Assembly (NCBI GenBank): GCA_030667705.1
Contig: DAOUVJ010000001.1
Span: 1-63,493, forward strand
Direction: 5' to 3'
DNA: 63,493 bases
Source of the DNA: Promethearchaeota archaeon
GTDB lineage: Archaea; Asgardarchaeota; Lokiarchaeia; Sigyniarchaeales; SOKP01
In this document: in pieces, positions 19,758 through 27,772 of the stretch
Position numbering within the stretch: position 1 is the stretch's first letter
Layout: each line of letters opens with the position of its first letter
The notes under the pieces: model-generated
Told to the model about the DNA's origin: nothing
Seen by the model: only the letters and a program-made list of their open reading frames with translations
Databases searched by the model: none
Position numbers and translations under genes: made by a program

Positions 19758-20383
19758 CTATGCTTGTTTTGCACCATAAGCTTCAACCTTTCCCTTAGAT
19801 GCCATAAAAAGATCATTTGCAAAACTTTGACATTTATTAACAACCCAATCTTCATGCCAAACATAATCTACATTAAATTCAATCTCGACATCAAGTTTTC
19901 CAACAGTTTCCACATCTGACGTATAAAGATCTTGAGGATCTTTAGATGGGAACATGCCATCATAGCACGCGCTATACTCTATAGTCTTACAATCTGGTGC
20001 AGTTGTCCAATAATACATCATTCCGCCATAAGTTGGTTTTGAATAACCTTTTCCCGCTACTCCATCATCTAAATTTGAAACTCCAGTTCTGTAATCTCGG
20101 ATCATTTTAACCCATCCGTGCATAATGTCAAGAATAGGAGTTCTATTCATTTCTAAAAATTTAACAGATACAGTATTTCCGTAGTCTATATTACCGGGCA
20201 CAGCCCATTTCACACCACCCAAACCAGTAAATTCAACTTTATTTAACGTTCCTCCTGGGGGTGTTACACTCAAACATGTCGCAGCGAGAACTCTTTGAAT
20301 ATCCTCATTTGATGCTAATCCGCTCACTCCTTTTGTATATTTATAAAGATCTGGTGGTAATTTAGAAAACCAGATAAAATGAT
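19758..20383 (-). CDS. tail tube protein (T4 gp19-like), exon 2
   Basis: The pattern ...LAATCLSVTPPGGTLNKVEFTGLGGVKWAVPGNIDYGNTVSVKFLEMNRTPILD...YDGMFPS...DVEIEFNVDY resembles gp19-type tube proteins. The only in-frame start of the tracked ORF is a GTG at 20327 with AAGGAG directly abutting it and no spacer. The frame stays open upstream to 20410. The proposed 3' splice site follows G20384. Confidence 0.6.
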
Positions 20384-20671
20384 CAATATCTTCAATAAGA
20401 ATTGTTAATTCTTACCCGTTCAATTTCTTGAACTGCTGCATATTACTATGCAAGTTGAGACTATCTCTTTACCTTTTATTTAAATTTAATAAATAATTAG
20501 GCACTCCCCGTTTCGGCTCACTTGAGCCTACTTCCTTTCGGAATAGTCGTTGCACGTTCTCTTTTAAAAACTTTAAAAAGAGCTTCGCTCAGGATTGTCC
20601 TCAAAGAGGAGTTTCCCTGAATTAAAGGAGTTTTCATTGTAAAGTTTCCCTTACAAGGGGCATCAAATTTT
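20384..20671 (-). ncRNA. group I self-splicing intron (ORF-less, 288 nt) in the tail tube gene
   Basis: Minus-strand RNA carries four conserved-like elements: P-like AAUUCAGGGAAAC (20611-20623), Q-like ACAAUCCUGAGCG (20586-20598), R-like GUGCAACGACUAUUCC (20540-20555) and S-like AAGAGAUAGUCUC (20457-20469), with P7 formed by GACUA/UAGUC. Hairpins: GGCUC-AAGU-GAGCC; a GUAA-loop hairpin at 20436-20453; a GAAA-loop hairpin at 20418-20433. P1 pairs exon GGGU (20675-20672) with GCCC (20661-20658), including a U.G pair. P10 pairs exon 2 AUCA (20383-20380) with UGAU (20665-20662), contiguous with P1. The region is visibly G+C-richer than its surroundings. Confidence 0.7.
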
Positions 20672-20765
20672 ACCCTGAGACGTAGGGATCTGCGACCCCC
20701 AGAGTTGTTCCGCCGAACTTGCGGGTTAATATATTATCTTTTAATGCGGCAAATGAATATAGCAT
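20672..20765 (-). CDS. tail tube protein, exon 1 (31 codons plus 1 nt)
   Basis: GGAGGA SD lies 7 nt upstream of the ATG at 20765. Translation is MLYSFAALKDNILTRKFGGTTLGVADPYVSG, and the next codon would be UAA. Splicing after U20672 joins U+AU (Tyr) and continues HFIWFSKLPPDLYKYTKGVSGL..., giving a 239-aa product. Confidence 0.55.
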
Positions 20766-20766
20766 A

Positions 20767-21714
20767 TTATTTTCCTCCATTTTTATTATTAAAAATTTCT
20801 AATGATTTTTGATTATATCTCTTCTCACAAACTAATTTTGCCAACTCACCAAATGAACAAGAAGTTCCTTTTGGGTGGCATTTTTTTACATGACATTCAT
20901 GACAAACTATTAATCCATTATCTGGATCTAAAGCCATTTCTGGATGAGTTTTTTGCGGATAAATATGATGACTTCTCATATTTTCAATAGATCCACAAAT
21001 CTCACATTGATTAAATCCATATAATTTTTCATTTCTTTTATAAACTTCATCTCTCCAAATTTCAAGACCTAAAATTGGTGAACTTTTTTCTGGAATATGG
21101 CCAGCATTTATTAAATCTCGTCTAATGATTTGCTCAGCTGTTTTTCCATACAAATCACAAGTCATTTTACAATGTTCTGAACAATAAAAATAAGAACCAT
21201 CATTTCCGTCTTTATGTTCTAAACATCTTATTCTTTCTCCAATTTGAGTATGTGTTAATATAAACCATCCATTCTTTTCTTTTGAGTTTTCACAATTATG
21301 ATTTTTACAATGTCCTTGAATTTCTCCAGTTTTAATATCTTTTCTTAATTCTTCAATTTTACAAAAGAAGGGATGATTTTCTTTAAGAGATTCTATTGTT
21401 AATTTCTTAGCTTTACTCATTTTCGCTATAATTTTTTTTGCTTTGTCTTTCCCATATACTTCTAAATAATTCTTCCCTTTTTTATTTGAAATTTGACCTA
21501 TATGAGATTCGGATATTCTCTTTTTCATTTCTATAGTTCTTTTAGCTCCCATTCGTGATTGAGAGCTTTTCTTTATTAATTCAGGACAACTTTTCCAAGT
21601 TTTGGAGCAACATTTCTTTCCTCTAATTGTGACTATATAATTTGCTTGTTGTCCACACCCATATTCACATAATTGATCAGTTTCTATTCTTATCGGTTTA
21701 ATCCTCTCGTTCAT
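20767..21714 (-). CDS. free-standing HNH homing endonuclease
   Basis: 315 aa. HNH motif HHIYPQKTHPEMALDPDNGLIVCHECH; N-terminal Cys clusters; a NUMOD3-like GAKRTIEMKKRISESHIG segment. Its stop codon lies 1 nt upstream of the tube exon-1 ATG. Confidence 0.7.
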   Translation of the reverse strand: MNERIKPIRIETDQLCEYGCGQQANYIVTIRGKKCCSKTWKSCPELIKKSSQSRMGAKRTIEMKKRISESHIGQISNKKGKNYLEVYGKDKAKKIIAKMSKAKKLTIESLKENHPFFCKIEELRKDIKTGEIQGHCKNHNCENSKEKNGWFILTHTQIGERIRCLEHKDGNDGSYFYCSEHCKMTCDLYGKTAEQIIRRDLINAGHIPEKSSPILGLEIWRDEVYKRNEKLYGFNQCEICGSIENMRSHHIYPQKTHPEMALDPDNGLIVCHECHVKKCHPKGTSCSFGELAKLVCEKRYNQKSLEIFNNKNGGK

Positions 21715-21725
21715 CTTAATTTTCT

Positions 21726-21787
21726 CCTTTTGCTAAGAAAAATTTAAAACGGGTTAGGGAAACTCTAAAGCAAAAGGAAAGTTTCCC
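21726..21787 (-). promoter_or_regulatory. alternative RNA structures over the HNH ribosome-binding site
   Basis: Minus RNA forms a hairpin GGGAAACU...AGUUUCCC (21757-21764 / 21780-21787). The loop segment CCUUUUGCU (21769-21777) is complementary to AGCAAAAGG (21726-21734), which overlaps the AAGGAG SD of the HNH gene. Confidence 0.3.
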
Positions 21788-21828
21788 AAGGTCATGACTC
21801 CCTGTCCCCATTATTATTTATTCACTAA

Positions 21829-22320
21829 TTATTTATTTGTTCTCAGTTTAATTTCCTTCATTGTATCTTTCCAATTTCCTTTAAATTGTAATGCCCTATC
21901 ATCAACATATAAAACGGCTCCTAATTTTACTCCTGTAATTTGGTCAAAATATAATTTATTCTTAATAAGCCATTTTTTTAATTCTTCTGTTAATTGTTTA
22001 GTATTTGGGTTTTCCCCAGAAGCTCGAGTACTAAAAATAACTATTTCAAATCCATCTTTATGTAATTGAGTTAATGCTTCTTTTGCTCCTGATATAACAT
22101 TTTCAAGTTTTCCATTATTCCACCCATTTTTATATTGATGTAAAACTCCATCAACATCAATCATTATTCTTTTTTTCTCTTTTTTAGTAGGCATTTCTTG
22201 CTCCGGATATATAGTTTTCAAAACTGAATTCTTTTTCTTAGTATCCGGAAACGAATCCATAGGAAAAATAGATTCATCTTTCTGTATGTCTTTTAAATAA
22301 TTATCAAGAACAAATTTCAT
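21829..22320 (-). CDS. HAD-superfamily hydrolase/phosphatase
   Basis: 163 aa with motif I IMIDVDGVL, a Thr/Ser motif IVIFSTR, and a C-terminal YVDDRA acidic motif. Confidence 0.6.
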   Translation of the reverse strand: MKFVLDNYLKDIQKDESIFPMDSFPDTKKKNSVLKTIYPEQEMPTKKEKKRIMIDVDGVLHQYKNGWNNGKLENVISGAKEALTQLHKDGFEIVIFSTRASGENPNTKQLTEELKKWLIKNKLYFDQITGVKLGAVLYVDDRALQFKGNWKDTMKEIKLRTNK

Positions 22321-22382
22321 ATATAATCTCCTTTTTATTTTGTTCTAAAAATTCTGATAGATTGTTTATTATTTATAGAATG

Positions 22383-22401
22383 AATTACTATATATATTAA
22401 T
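22383..22401 (+). promoter_or_regulatory. conserved promoter-like 19-mer aattactatatatattaat
   Basis: The identical 19-mer recurs at 36722-36740, and a close variant (tactatatatatta) at 50557-50570. Each lies about 55-60 nt upstream of a plus-strand start codon. Confidence 0.4.
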
Positions 22402-22453
22402 ATCTGAGAAGGATTTATTTGTAAACCTATTTTAAATTATCAAGGGGGGTATA

Positions 22454-23332
22454 ATGAAACAATTAACAGAAAAGCAAAAAATCAAACAGGAAAATTTTTC
22501 ATACTTAAATAAAGAAGAGAAGAAATATGATAAAACGATAAAAATATATGACAGTAATGGTGAGGTAATAGATACTCTAAAATTCTCAGAAAACAAAGTA
22601 AGAGAATTTCAAAATCAAGTTAACTGGTATAAAATTTCTAAGAAGGGTCATTTAAGTGAAAATTTTATAAGGGAATTCAAAGGTGAACTTGACTGGTCCA
22701 CACTTTCTCGTTATCAAAAACTATCAATGGAGTTCATAAAGGAATTCAAAGATAAAGTTGATTGGCACGAAATCTCTTACAATCAAAAATTATCAATGTA
22801 TTTCATAAGGGAATTCCAGAATAAAGTTGATTGGGACGGAATTTCTTCTAATCAAAAACTATCAATGGAGTTCATAAAGGAATTCCAAGACAAAGTTAAT
22901 TGGAGCGCAATCTCTTACAATCAAAAGCTCCCGGAGAACTTCATAAGGGAATTCCAGAATAAAGTTGATTGGGACGGAATTTCTTCTAATCAAAAGCTCT
23001 TGGTTGAATTCATAAGGGAATTTCAGGATAAAGTTGATTGGTGTGGAATCTCTTACAATCAAATACTCTTAGAGGACTTCATAAGGGAATTCCAGAATAA
23101 AGTTGATTGGGACGGAATTTCTTCTAATCTGATAACAAAACTATCAATGCAGTTCATAAGGGAATTCGAAGATAAAGTTAATTGGATTAGAATTTCTTAT
23201 TGCCAAATGTTAACAGAAAATTTTATAAGAGAATTCAAAGATAGATTTAGTAAAAAAGGTTGGATTGGGATTTTTTCCTCTCAAATACTTTCACCTGAGT
23301 TCGTAAAAGAATTCAAAAATAGAGTTAAGTAG
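22454..23332 (+). CDS. 23-aa tandem-repeat protein (about 10 Trp-anchored repeats)
   Basis: 292 aa. The repeat unit is FIREFQ(N/D)KVDW.(G/A)IS.NQKLS.E, period 23 aa (69 nt). Two alternating subtypes produce near-identical 138-nt DNA repeats. Strong GGGGGG SD. Confidence 0.7.
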   Translation: MKQLTEKQKIKQENFSYLNKEEKKYDKTIKIYDSNGEVIDTLKFSENKVREFQNQVNWYKISKKGHLSENFIREFKGELDWSTLSRYQKLSMEFIKEFKDKVDWHEISYNQKLSMYFIREFQNKVDWDGISSNQKLSMEFIKEFQDKVNWSAISYNQKLPENFIREFQNKVDWDGISSNQKLLVEFIREFQDKVDWCGISYNQILLEDFIREFQNKVDWDGISSNLITKLSMQFIREFEDKVNWIRISYCQMLTENFIREFKDRFSKKGWIGIFSSQILSPEFVKEFKNRVK

Positions 23333-23374
23333 TGTAAAATTTCTTATGATTTATCCTTAAAGGAGAAAGTAATT

Positions 23375-23429
23375 CCAGTAAGTGGTTTCAAAATAATTCC
23401 TTTACAGAATAATTTTAACCACTTACTGG
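23375..23429 (+). terminator. long intergenic hairpin
   Basis: 13-bp perfect stem ccagtaagtggtt / aaccacttactgg with a 29-nt AT-rich loop. Confidence 0.35.
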
Positions 23430-23529
23430 GATTTAATTTAAATTAAAAAGGAGGGATAATAGAAAGAAAAATAAAGATGAAAGTATATTTTTTTAATTTA
23501 AAGTTTATAATCAAGCAAGGGGAATAATA

Positions 23530-24183
23530 ATGGAAGAGCAAAAAAATCAAACTGGAAAATTTCAAATTGAAGATGACTGGAACAAAATTTCTTATAATCA
23601 AATACTCTCAGAAAATTTCATAAGGGAATACCATGATAAAGTTGACTGGAGTGGCATTTTTTATAAACAAATACTTTCTGAGGAATTTATAAGGGAATTT
23701 CAAAATAAAGAAGACTGGCATAAAATTTTTTATTATCAAATACTCTCTGAAAATTTTATAAGGGAATTCCAGGATAAAGCTGACTGGAGAGGAATTTCTT
23801 ATTATCAAATACTCTCTGAAAATTTTATAAGGGAATTCCGGGATAAAGTTGAGTGGGTTAGAATTTCATGTACACAAATACTCTCAGAGGAATTCATAAG
23901 AGAATTCCAGGATAAAGTTAACTGGTGTGGAATTTCTTATTATCAAATACTTACAGAGAAATTTATAAGGGAATTTCAAGATAAAGTTGACTGGCACGGA
24001 ATTGTTTATAAGCAAACGATCTCAATGATCTCGAAAAAATTTATAAAAGAATTCCAAAATGAAATTAATAAAAAAGAAATTGCTTATCCCCAAATACTTA
24101 CAGAAGAATTTATAAATAAGTTCCAATATAATGGTACGGGAGATAAAATTTCATATCTTCACAACCTTCAGAGAAATTCATAA
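23530..24183 (+). CDS. 23-aa tandem-repeat protein (about 8 repeats), paralog of 22454-23332
   Basis: 217 aa with the same unit: W..ISY.QILSE(N/E)FIREF(Q/R)DKV(D/N)W. Confidence 0.7.
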   Translation: MEEQKNQTGKFQIEDDWNKISYNQILSENFIREYHDKVDWSGIFYKQILSEEFIREFQNKEDWHKIFYYQILSENFIREFQDKADWRGISYYQILSENFIREFRDKVEWVRISCTQILSEEFIREFQDKVNWCGISYYQILTEKFIREFQDKVDWHGIVYKQTISMISKKFIKEFQNEINKKEIAYPQILTEEFINKFQYNGTGDKISYLHNLQRNS

Positions 24184-24194
24184 AACAATTTTGA

Positions 24195-24240
24195 TTTTGA
24201 ACCCTGTTTTATTAATAAGGTGAAAAAATAGGGTTCAAAA
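24195..24240 (+). terminator. long intergenic hairpin
   Basis: 11-bp stem ttttgaaccct / agggttcaaaa with a 24-nt loop, downstream of the stop at 24183. Confidence 0.35.
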
Positions 24241-24337
24241 TATGAAATATGACGAATGTCCAAGGATATAAGAATCAATTTAAATCTTTTTATTTGTTTT
24301 TATAAAAGATAAATTATCTTAAAAATAAAGGAAAAAT

Positions 24338-25699
24338 ATGAAAACAACACCGGAATATATTATTGAAAAACTATGTTCAAATAATTTTGAAACTTATATT
24401 GTTGGAGGAGCTGTTCGTGATCTCTTATTGGGAATAGATCCAAAAGACGAAGACATAGTTACATCAGCAGCTCCAAGTGAAATTATTAATCTTTTTAAAA
24501 ATAAACATAGTATTAAAACAGTCGGGAAATTATTTAATGTTATTCTTATAGACAATATAGAAGTTGCAACTTTTAGAACTGATCAATATTCTGGATTATC
24601 AGATAAAAAAGTTAAAGTTGAAATAGCAAATACAATAGAAGAAGATTTAGCGAGAAGAGATTTAACCATTAATTCTCAAGCACTTTGTCATTATACAGGG
24701 GATATTATAGATCCGTATCATGGTCAAAAAGATTTAAAAAATCGTGTAATTCGGTTTGTAGGTTGTCCTGAGAAGCGAATTTTTGAAGATCCAAATCGAA
24801 TTGTTCGAGCATGCAGAATTTTAGCTTTAATAAATGGAAAATTTCATATAAACACAAAAAAGGCTCTTATAAATTTTGCTCATTTAATACCAGAATTTAT
24901 TTCTCCAGAAAGAATTAATATTGAAATAATTAAAGCTATGTCTAATCAAAAAGCATCTTTGTTTTTTGACGCTCTTCATCAAATTGGAGCTCTTGAATAT
25001 ATTTTTGAATCTTTAGATAATTGTTATGCTTATGAAAGTCATGGGCCGCATCATAGTGAATCTATAATTCAACATTGTTATATGTGTGGGGATAAACTTT
25101 CAACAAAAAAACCATTATTGAAATTAGCTGGTTATTTACATGATGTTGGAAAACCCTCAGCTTGTACTTGGAATCCTAAAACTAAAGATTTAAAATTTAA
25201 AGCACATTCTCATTTAGGTGCAGAATGTGTAAAAAAAGAATTAACAAATTTAAAATTTTCAACAAAAGAAATAGAATATATTACATCATTAGTTGATTTA
25301 CATATGAGAAGTTTTAAAACTCCAAAAGCTATTAGACGAACATTAAAATCTTTAAGCGATTATAATATCAAATGGAAAGATTTATATCAATTAAGAATAG
25401 CAGATCGACTTTCTAATTTAAAAAAGAATAAATCGGGTTTAAAGGAAAAAGTAAAAGAACAAATATTAAAAATAAGATTTGAAATTAATCGAAAAACCCC
25501 ATGTAAATTTGAAGATTTGAATATAGATGGGAATGATATTATGAGAATTACCGGTTTAAGACCATGCAGACAAATTGGAATTATTAAAGAATATTTGTTA
25601 AATTTAACAGTGGATGAGCCTGACTTAAATTCAAAAGATATGTTAGAAAAAATAACATATCAATATTTTTTAAAAAGGGAGGTAGAAAATTGGCAATAG
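24338..25699 (+). CDS. cca: tRNA nucleotidyltransferase (CCA-adding enzyme / poly(A) polymerase family) with HD domain
   Basis: 453 aa. N-terminal GGAVRDLLLGIDPKDEDIVT signature and RRDLTINS motif. A later H...HD-type segment (LAGYLHDVGK) is present. Confidence 0.8.
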   Translation: MKTTPEYIIEKLCSNNFETYIVGGAVRDLLLGIDPKDEDIVTSAAPSEIINLFKNKHSIKTVGKLFNVILIDNIEVATFRTDQYSGLSDKKVKVEIANTIEEDLARRDLTINSQALCHYTGDIIDPYHGQKDLKNRVIRFVGCPEKRIFEDPNRIVRACRILALINGKFHINTKKALINFAHLIPEFISPERINIEIIKAMSNQKASLFFDALHQIGALEYIFESLDNCYAYESHGPHHSESIIQHCYMCGDKLSTKKPLLKLAGYLHDVGKPSACTWNPKTKDLKFKAHSHLGAECVKKELTNLKFSTKEIEYITSLVDLHMRSFKTPKAIRRTLKSLSDYNIKWKDLYQLRIADRLSNLKKNKSGLKEKVKEQILKIRFEINRKTPCKFEDLNIDGNDIMRITGLRPCRQIGIIKEYLLNLTVDEPDLNSKDMLEKITYQYFLKREVENWQ

Positions 25700-25908
25700 A
25701 TGTTAATATCGAAATTGAGAGTGGATTTTTAAAAAAATGGATGAGTGTGGAAAAAATGAAAGAATGTTTAACTGAACTTGAAGATTCTGATATTCTTTAT
25801 CCTAACAGAGCTGGAGATTTAACAGTTTTTAATAATAAAGAAAATTATTTAGGATTTATTGATTTTAACAATGAGAAATTTGAAGATATTAGCCAGTTAT
25901 CAGAGTGA
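25690..25908 (+). CDS. hypothetical protein (TTG start)
   Basis: 72-aa ORF. A GGGAGG SD lies about 8 nt upstream of the TTG at 25690. It overlaps the cca stop by 10 nt. Confidence 0.4.
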   Translation: MAIDVNIEIESGFLKKWMSVEKMKECLTELEDSDILYPNRAGDLTVFNNKENYLGFIDFNNEKFEDISQLSE

Positions 25909-25939
25909 ATACATTTAAAAAAGGAGAATTAAAACTATT

Positions 25940-26140
25940 ATGATACGTGTACCTTATTTCTTTAAACAAACAAACATTAATGTTTTTCTTAAAAATGGTG
26001 AAAATTTTATGAATAAGGATGTTACTAATAATACACCACAAGGTGGGAAAAATCAAGTAACAATATCTTTTTGGCATAATGGTAAATTAAGATATTATCC
26101 AATTTCAGAAGTTTCCTATTGGGAATATAATAACATATGA
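25940..26140 (+). CDS. hypothetical protein
   Basis: 66-aa ORF. AAGGAG is present upstream but with a long spacer (about 13 nt). Confidence 0.35.
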   Translation: MIRVPYFFKQTNINVFLKNGENFMNKDVTNNTPQGGKNQVTISFWHNGKLRYYPISEVSYWEYNNI

Positions 26141-26158
26141 AAGGAGACGAAAGCAAAA

Positions 26159-26275
26159 ATGGGTATAAAATTAGAATTAGATATTTTTGAAATTATACTT
26201 GCGGCAACAATCTTTTTAGTAGGAGTGTTTAGCATTGGTATGTTAATAGGTTCTTGGATAAAGGAAATTCTATGA
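26159..26275 (+). pseudogene. truncated duplicate of the 5' part of gene 26801-27163
   Basis: The RBS/start context is shared (gaaagcaaaaatgggtat(a/g)aaattagaa). It encodes MGIKLELDIFEIIL... compared with MGMKLEVKIFGIVL... After its stop, 26281-26313 matches 26951-26983 (taagaagagaagtttttgaacaaac.caa) in another frame. Confidence 0.5.
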
Positions 26276-26358
26276 ATCAAAAATATAAGAAGAGAAGTTT
26301 TTGAACAAACCCAAATTTCCCAGAGTGAATATATTTAATTCATAAAGAGGATAAAATT

Positions 26359-26766
26359 ATGAAAAAAATTTTAAGGGAATTAGTCAGAAAAATAGAGAGT
26401 GAGAATAAGAATGGAAATATGTCAACAATATGGAATAAAGCAATGGGTGTAATTGAAACAGGTTTAAAAGAATTGCACAAAAATGTTCCTGGCCGTAGTT
26501 ATTCTCCCCATATTAATTGGAATACTGAAATAATTGAAACAAGAATTAATAATATGAGAAAAAGATCAGTTTTAAGAATAGATAATATTCAAAAAATCTT
26601 ATTATCTGAACCTAAGGAATATATAATTAACAATGATGATTTACATAATTTTATTGTTTTTGCTATAATAGAAATTAATAAAAATATTGGCAGCAATATT
26701 AACTATTTACTTTTATTAGAAGAATTGATAAAAGAGAGAATTATTGAGGGAGAAAAAGAATCATGA
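26359..26766 (+). CDS. hypothetical protein
   Basis: 135-aa ORF with an AGAGGA SD. Confidence 0.5.
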   Translation: MKKILRELVRKIESENKNGNMSTIWNKAMGVIETGLKELHKNVPGRSYSPHINWNTEIIETRINNMRKRSVLRIDNIQKILLSEPKEYIINNDDLHNFIVFAIIEINKNIGSNINYLLLLEELIKERIIEGEKES

Positions 26767-26800
26767 TTATAACAACATATGGAAGGAGGTGAAAGCAAAA

Positions 26801-27163
26801 ATGGGTATGAAATTAGAAGTGAAGATTTTTGGAATTGTACTTAGAGGGTTTATTAGAGGAGTTGCAATCTTTATAGCAATAATAGCAATAGTATTTTGTG
26901 GTGCTCTTTTAAGTTTAGGTTGGAATAAATTCTTTGAACCAAAAAAAGAAAATGTAAGAAGAGAAGTTTTTGAACAAACTCAATCTTATGTTCATGGGAA
27001 AGTTCAAGATTTAGCCAAATATCATGATGAATATAATAAATGTGATATTGAAGATAGAGAAGCTATTCGTCAACTTATAATCTTAAGATTTGCTGAGTTT
27101 GATGAATCAAAAATTACATCTGCTAACTTAAGAAATTTTTTAACAAAAACGAGGGGATATTAA
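26801..27163 (+). CDS. single-pass membrane protein
   Basis: GGAAGGAGG SD upstream of the ATG at 26801, which I prefer to the tracked 26744 start. TM segment GVAIFIAIIAIVFCGALLSLGW. Confidence 0.55.
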   Translation: MGMKLEVKIFGIVLRGFIRGVAIFIAIIAIVFCGALLSLGWNKFFEPKKENVRREVFEQTQSYVHGKVQDLAKYHDEYNKCDIEDREAIRQLIILRFAEFDESKITSANLRNFLTKTRGY

Positions 27164-27700
27164 ATGAAAAATTCTATTTTTAAGACGTCATTATTGGTTG
27201 TTTTATTTATGATAACTTTTATTATATCTGGTTGTAATGAGGAATCAACTGATTCTAAACAATCTAAACAAACCGAAAAAGCTATGGAAGAACTTAATAG
27301 ACAGGTTGGGATGCCTAATATTATTAATTTTCAACAAAAAAAGTTAATGAAATTAGTTCTCGAACTTTGTGATAAAGAAAGTATGATTTGTTATGCTTAT
27401 ATTAAAAGTGACTACAGGGGAGAACTTGTTTTTATAGGAAAATGTATTGGATTTGGTATACCGTTCTCGGCTCAATTTACGAATCCAGAAAGAATAATTC
27501 GCTGGGGCAAAAATAGCAATTCTTATGCTGGAAGTTCTCCATCAACAATGCCTCAACCAGATCCCAATGGACTTTTTATGCCAACATCATCATCAGCAAC
27601 TTGGTTAATGATGATTAATCCAGAAACAAATAAACCATCACCTGTATACTTAGAACCGGAGATTGTGGTTTCCCCATTTCCATTACATAGAACTGAATAA
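27164..27700 (+). CDS. lipoprotein
   Basis: Signal peptide with lipobox: LLVVLFMITFIISGC. Confidence 0.6.
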   Translation: MKNSIFKTSLLVVLFMITFIISGCNEESTDSKQSKQTEKAMEELNRQVGMPNIINFQQKKLMKLVLELCDKESMICYAYIKSDYRGELVFIGKCIGFGIPFSAQFTNPERIIRWGKNSNSYAGSSPSTMPQPDPNGLFMPTSSSATWLMMINPETNKPSPVYLEPEIVVSPFPLHRTE

Positions 27701-27705
27701 AATCC

Positions 27706-27751
27706 AAAACTTATCTGCTCATAAAAATTTTTATATGGGTAGATAAGTTTT
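27706..27751 (+). terminator. long imperfect hairpin
   Basis: Stem aaaacttatct / agataagtttt; the loop itself pairs further (cataaaaa/tttttat.tg). Confidence 0.35.
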
Positions 27752-27772
27752 AGAATGAAAGGAAGTGAACTT

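Noticed and set aside
20325-20327. GTG at 20327 as the tail tube start (as in the ORF track).
   Set aside because: The AAGGAG abuts the GTG with no spacer, and the frame remains open upstream. It would also remove about 45 N-terminal residues that the spliced model supplies.
20390-20729. Alternative splice sites (5' after U20729; 3' after G20393 or G20390).
   Set aside because: No internal guide sequence pairs with those exon ends, and G20393 would create an in-frame UAA. The 20672/20384 pair is the only one giving contiguous P1 and P10 pairing while also preserving the frame.
20767-21714. The HNH ORF as an intron-encoded endonuclease, with an intron spanning 20384 to about 21828.
   Set aside because: A strong SD plus ATG for tube exon 1 lies downstream of the HNH stop. 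The ribozyme core, including P1, is complete within 20384-20671. No tube-like exon is visible upstream of 21714, where the HAD gene ends at 21829.
22800-23130. Regularly spaced DNA repeats (also at 45213-45503 and 29779-30971) as CRISPR arrays.
   Set aside because: They are in-frame coding repeats or whole-gene tandem copies, with no unique spacers of constant length, no leader, and no cas genes.
26744-26800. Tracked upstream start codons: 26744, 27755 and 50787 (ATG without a recognisable SD), 28911 (GTG), and 34202, 34987, 35183 and 35492 (TTG).
   Set aside because: In each case a downstream in-frame ATG has a well-spaced Shine-Dalgarno sequence. For the MKIK family, that ATG also restores the conserved N-terminus.
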